Source: Felis catus (Eukaryota). Taken from it: a stretch of 64,000 nt of DNA. Shown here piece by piece: positions 61,975 through 64,000 of this stretch. Numbering within the stretch: position 1 is the stretch's first letter; each line of letters begins with the position of its first letter. The stretch spans positions 119,476,001 to 119,540,000 of the forward strand of contig NC_058368.1 of NCBI RefSeq assembly GCF_018350175.1. Direction: 5' to 3'. Under the pieces are notes generated by a model, which searched no databases, was not told the DNA's origin, and worked only from the letters and a program-made list of their open reading frames with translations. The translations under genes and the position numbers were made by a program.

Positions 61975-63559
61975 GCTGATGGCCCATTTCTGGTCAGATG
62001 GGATGTCTGGTCTGCCTTAATGACCTGCCTTGAACCTTTACTTCGGCTGCCAGGTAGTTTGCATGTTACAGACATGATTTCTGCCTCTAAATGTAATTGT
62101 CAGAATTGCATCAAAATCCAAATGCCATTAAAGAGAATCTCCATTTCTTAGTTGAGTTGTGGAGAAAACAAGGCTGCAAACTGCATTCGCTATCTTCTTC
62201 CACGGACCAAGATATCACAACTTCCTAAAACATAGAAACTCATCTTGCAAAAGTATTTTGGTCACTCTTACCACTTCCCTTACCTCTGAGGATGCTCAAA
62301 AGCCTGTAACATGCATTCAAATTCCGGGTTTCAACTGTCAATACAAAAAGAACTATACTGAAAGAATGCCATTTGCCTAGGAATGCATCCTTAATTTGAA
62401 GCTCTATCTTCCTGAACACCTATCAGGCAGGGTTCCTAAGGTGGCCTGTACTTTAATGCAATGTGGAAATGTGGGGAAATGGACGACAGCTCCCTTCCTT
62501 TATCTTTCTACTTCTAGAAGACTTAACTTCACACAGGACAGGCTAATGGAATTTTCCAAAGGGAAGTTATAAAGGGAACTGGTTTACTTCTGGGTTTTAA
62601 GCAGTGGCTGTACAGAAAATGTTGAGCTCAGGATTTTTCACATCATCCACAGCCACATCACGATAGTTAATCCTGAAGGATTCAAGATATGCCTGGTTCA
62701 TTTCAGACTCCACTGAGTCAACAATAACAGAAAGGTGGTTTTCATTTCAGTAGAGACCAGTTTCCTAGCAACAAAGGCCACAGGAAGTTGAGACCCATTA
62801 AGAAAGATAAGGAAACACAATGCTATGATTGCTCTGTGGCACTGAAATTCCTCTTTAGACCTGAACTTCCAATCTGTCTGTTTTACAAATTAATTCATAT
62901 ATGTGTATGTGTGTATATATACACATATATACAGAAGCAAGAAAGAAATCCTGGTGCTTTGTCAGAAAGCAGCAGCACTGCAGACTCAATTACAGTTTCC
63001 ATCTCCATTTAAGATTTTGGGAAATACCTGCCAGCATTGAAATATCTTTTTGATAACAGCAGACCTTTTGAGTTGAGAATTTAAAAGATTCTTTGCTCTA
63101 AAAATGAGAATTTTCTAGCATGTCTAATTTTCTCATGAATGGTAAATGAGCAAATAAGATATTTGGGTGTTCAATCTCTAATCTGCATAATAATAAATGC
63201 TCTCAAAACAAAATCATCTATTTTATATTCTTAGTGGAAAACCACTTTACACAAATTTTAGAGGAGATGTAATACTTTGCATGTAGAAAGCCAATATTTA
63301 CCTTCCAGCTTTTATATAGCTGTGAATAATAATTAGTCATTCTCCTTCAGATCTCAGCTTTTTCTCTAAGAGAATTTAGACAAAGATTGGAAAGCACTCA
63401 CTTTTCATGCTCAGGCAGAAAAGATGTGAGCTCTAGGAGAAAGGAGAAAGATGAAGAGGAGGAGGTGATAGAGAGAATGGTCATTGCCTGAGTTTAATTC
63501 AAAGTACTTGTAGAATTGTGGGTGTAAGGAAGAGTAACAGTTTTATAAAATAACTTAGC

Positions 63560-63800
63560 CGTAATGGCAACCAATTACTGGGTGCTTATTGTGTGGGCAT
63601 CTTGGGCTAAGAGCTTTATATCTACCATCTCACTTAATCCTCACATCAACCCATGAAGTACACTCTGTCATGATCCCTTCTTTCTAGCAGATAAAACTGA
63701 TGCTTAAAGGTTAAATAACTTGCCCTAAGTTGCGCAGTTGCTAAGTGGCAGAGTCTAACTGGGGCTCCTGAGCTTATGTTCAGTCTTCCTAAACGGTTAA
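63560..63800 (-). mobile_element. MIR SINE
   Basis: atctcacttaatcctcacatcaacccatgaagta…gcagataaaactgatgcttaaaggttaaataacttgccc. Confidence 0.85.
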
Positions 63801-64000
63801 ACAAAATTGTGGGTTGCCATCTGTTAGCACTTGGCTATTCACATTATCTAATTTATCCCTGAAAACAAGAAGCAGAATGTGGACCTAGCCCATCCCACTG
63901 CTGAGTTCCTGTTCTTTATCATGACCCTACTGCCCTCCCATTAGGGTCCTCCTCCCAAAACTAGTTTGCAGGTTTGTTTAGGGTACCCTCGGAGCTCCAA

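Overview
Mammalian genomic DNA, almost certainly from a cat-family (feliform) carnivore, judged from 21 tRNA-derived CanSINE/SINEC_Fc-type elements with the feline-type body CTGACAGCTCAGAGCCTGGAGCCTGCTTC. The window is repeat-dense and intronic or intergenic: MIR, L2, L1, MaLR (MLT1) and MER21 LTRs, three clustered ERV-type solo LTRs, hAT and Tigger fossils, and many microsatellites. I recognise no protein-coding gene, RNA gene or CRISPR array, and nearly all ORFs in the track come from repeats or chance. The most informative unique sequence is a CpG-retaining block at about 38.5-39.6 kb with divergent splice donors (possible bidirectional promoter). Two further minus-strand ATG-to-donor segments at about 25.1 and 33.1 kb could be alternative first exons of an unidentified gene. 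Smaller oddities seen directly in the sequence: a TSD-flanked 109-bp non-SINE retro-insertion, a 28-bp micro-L1, an inverted pair of related LTRs, a patchwork repeat at about 31.1 kb and several templated-duplication scars. Repeat family names are from recalled consensus features, not a database search, and boundaries of old repeats are approximate. I found no convincing novel biological system.
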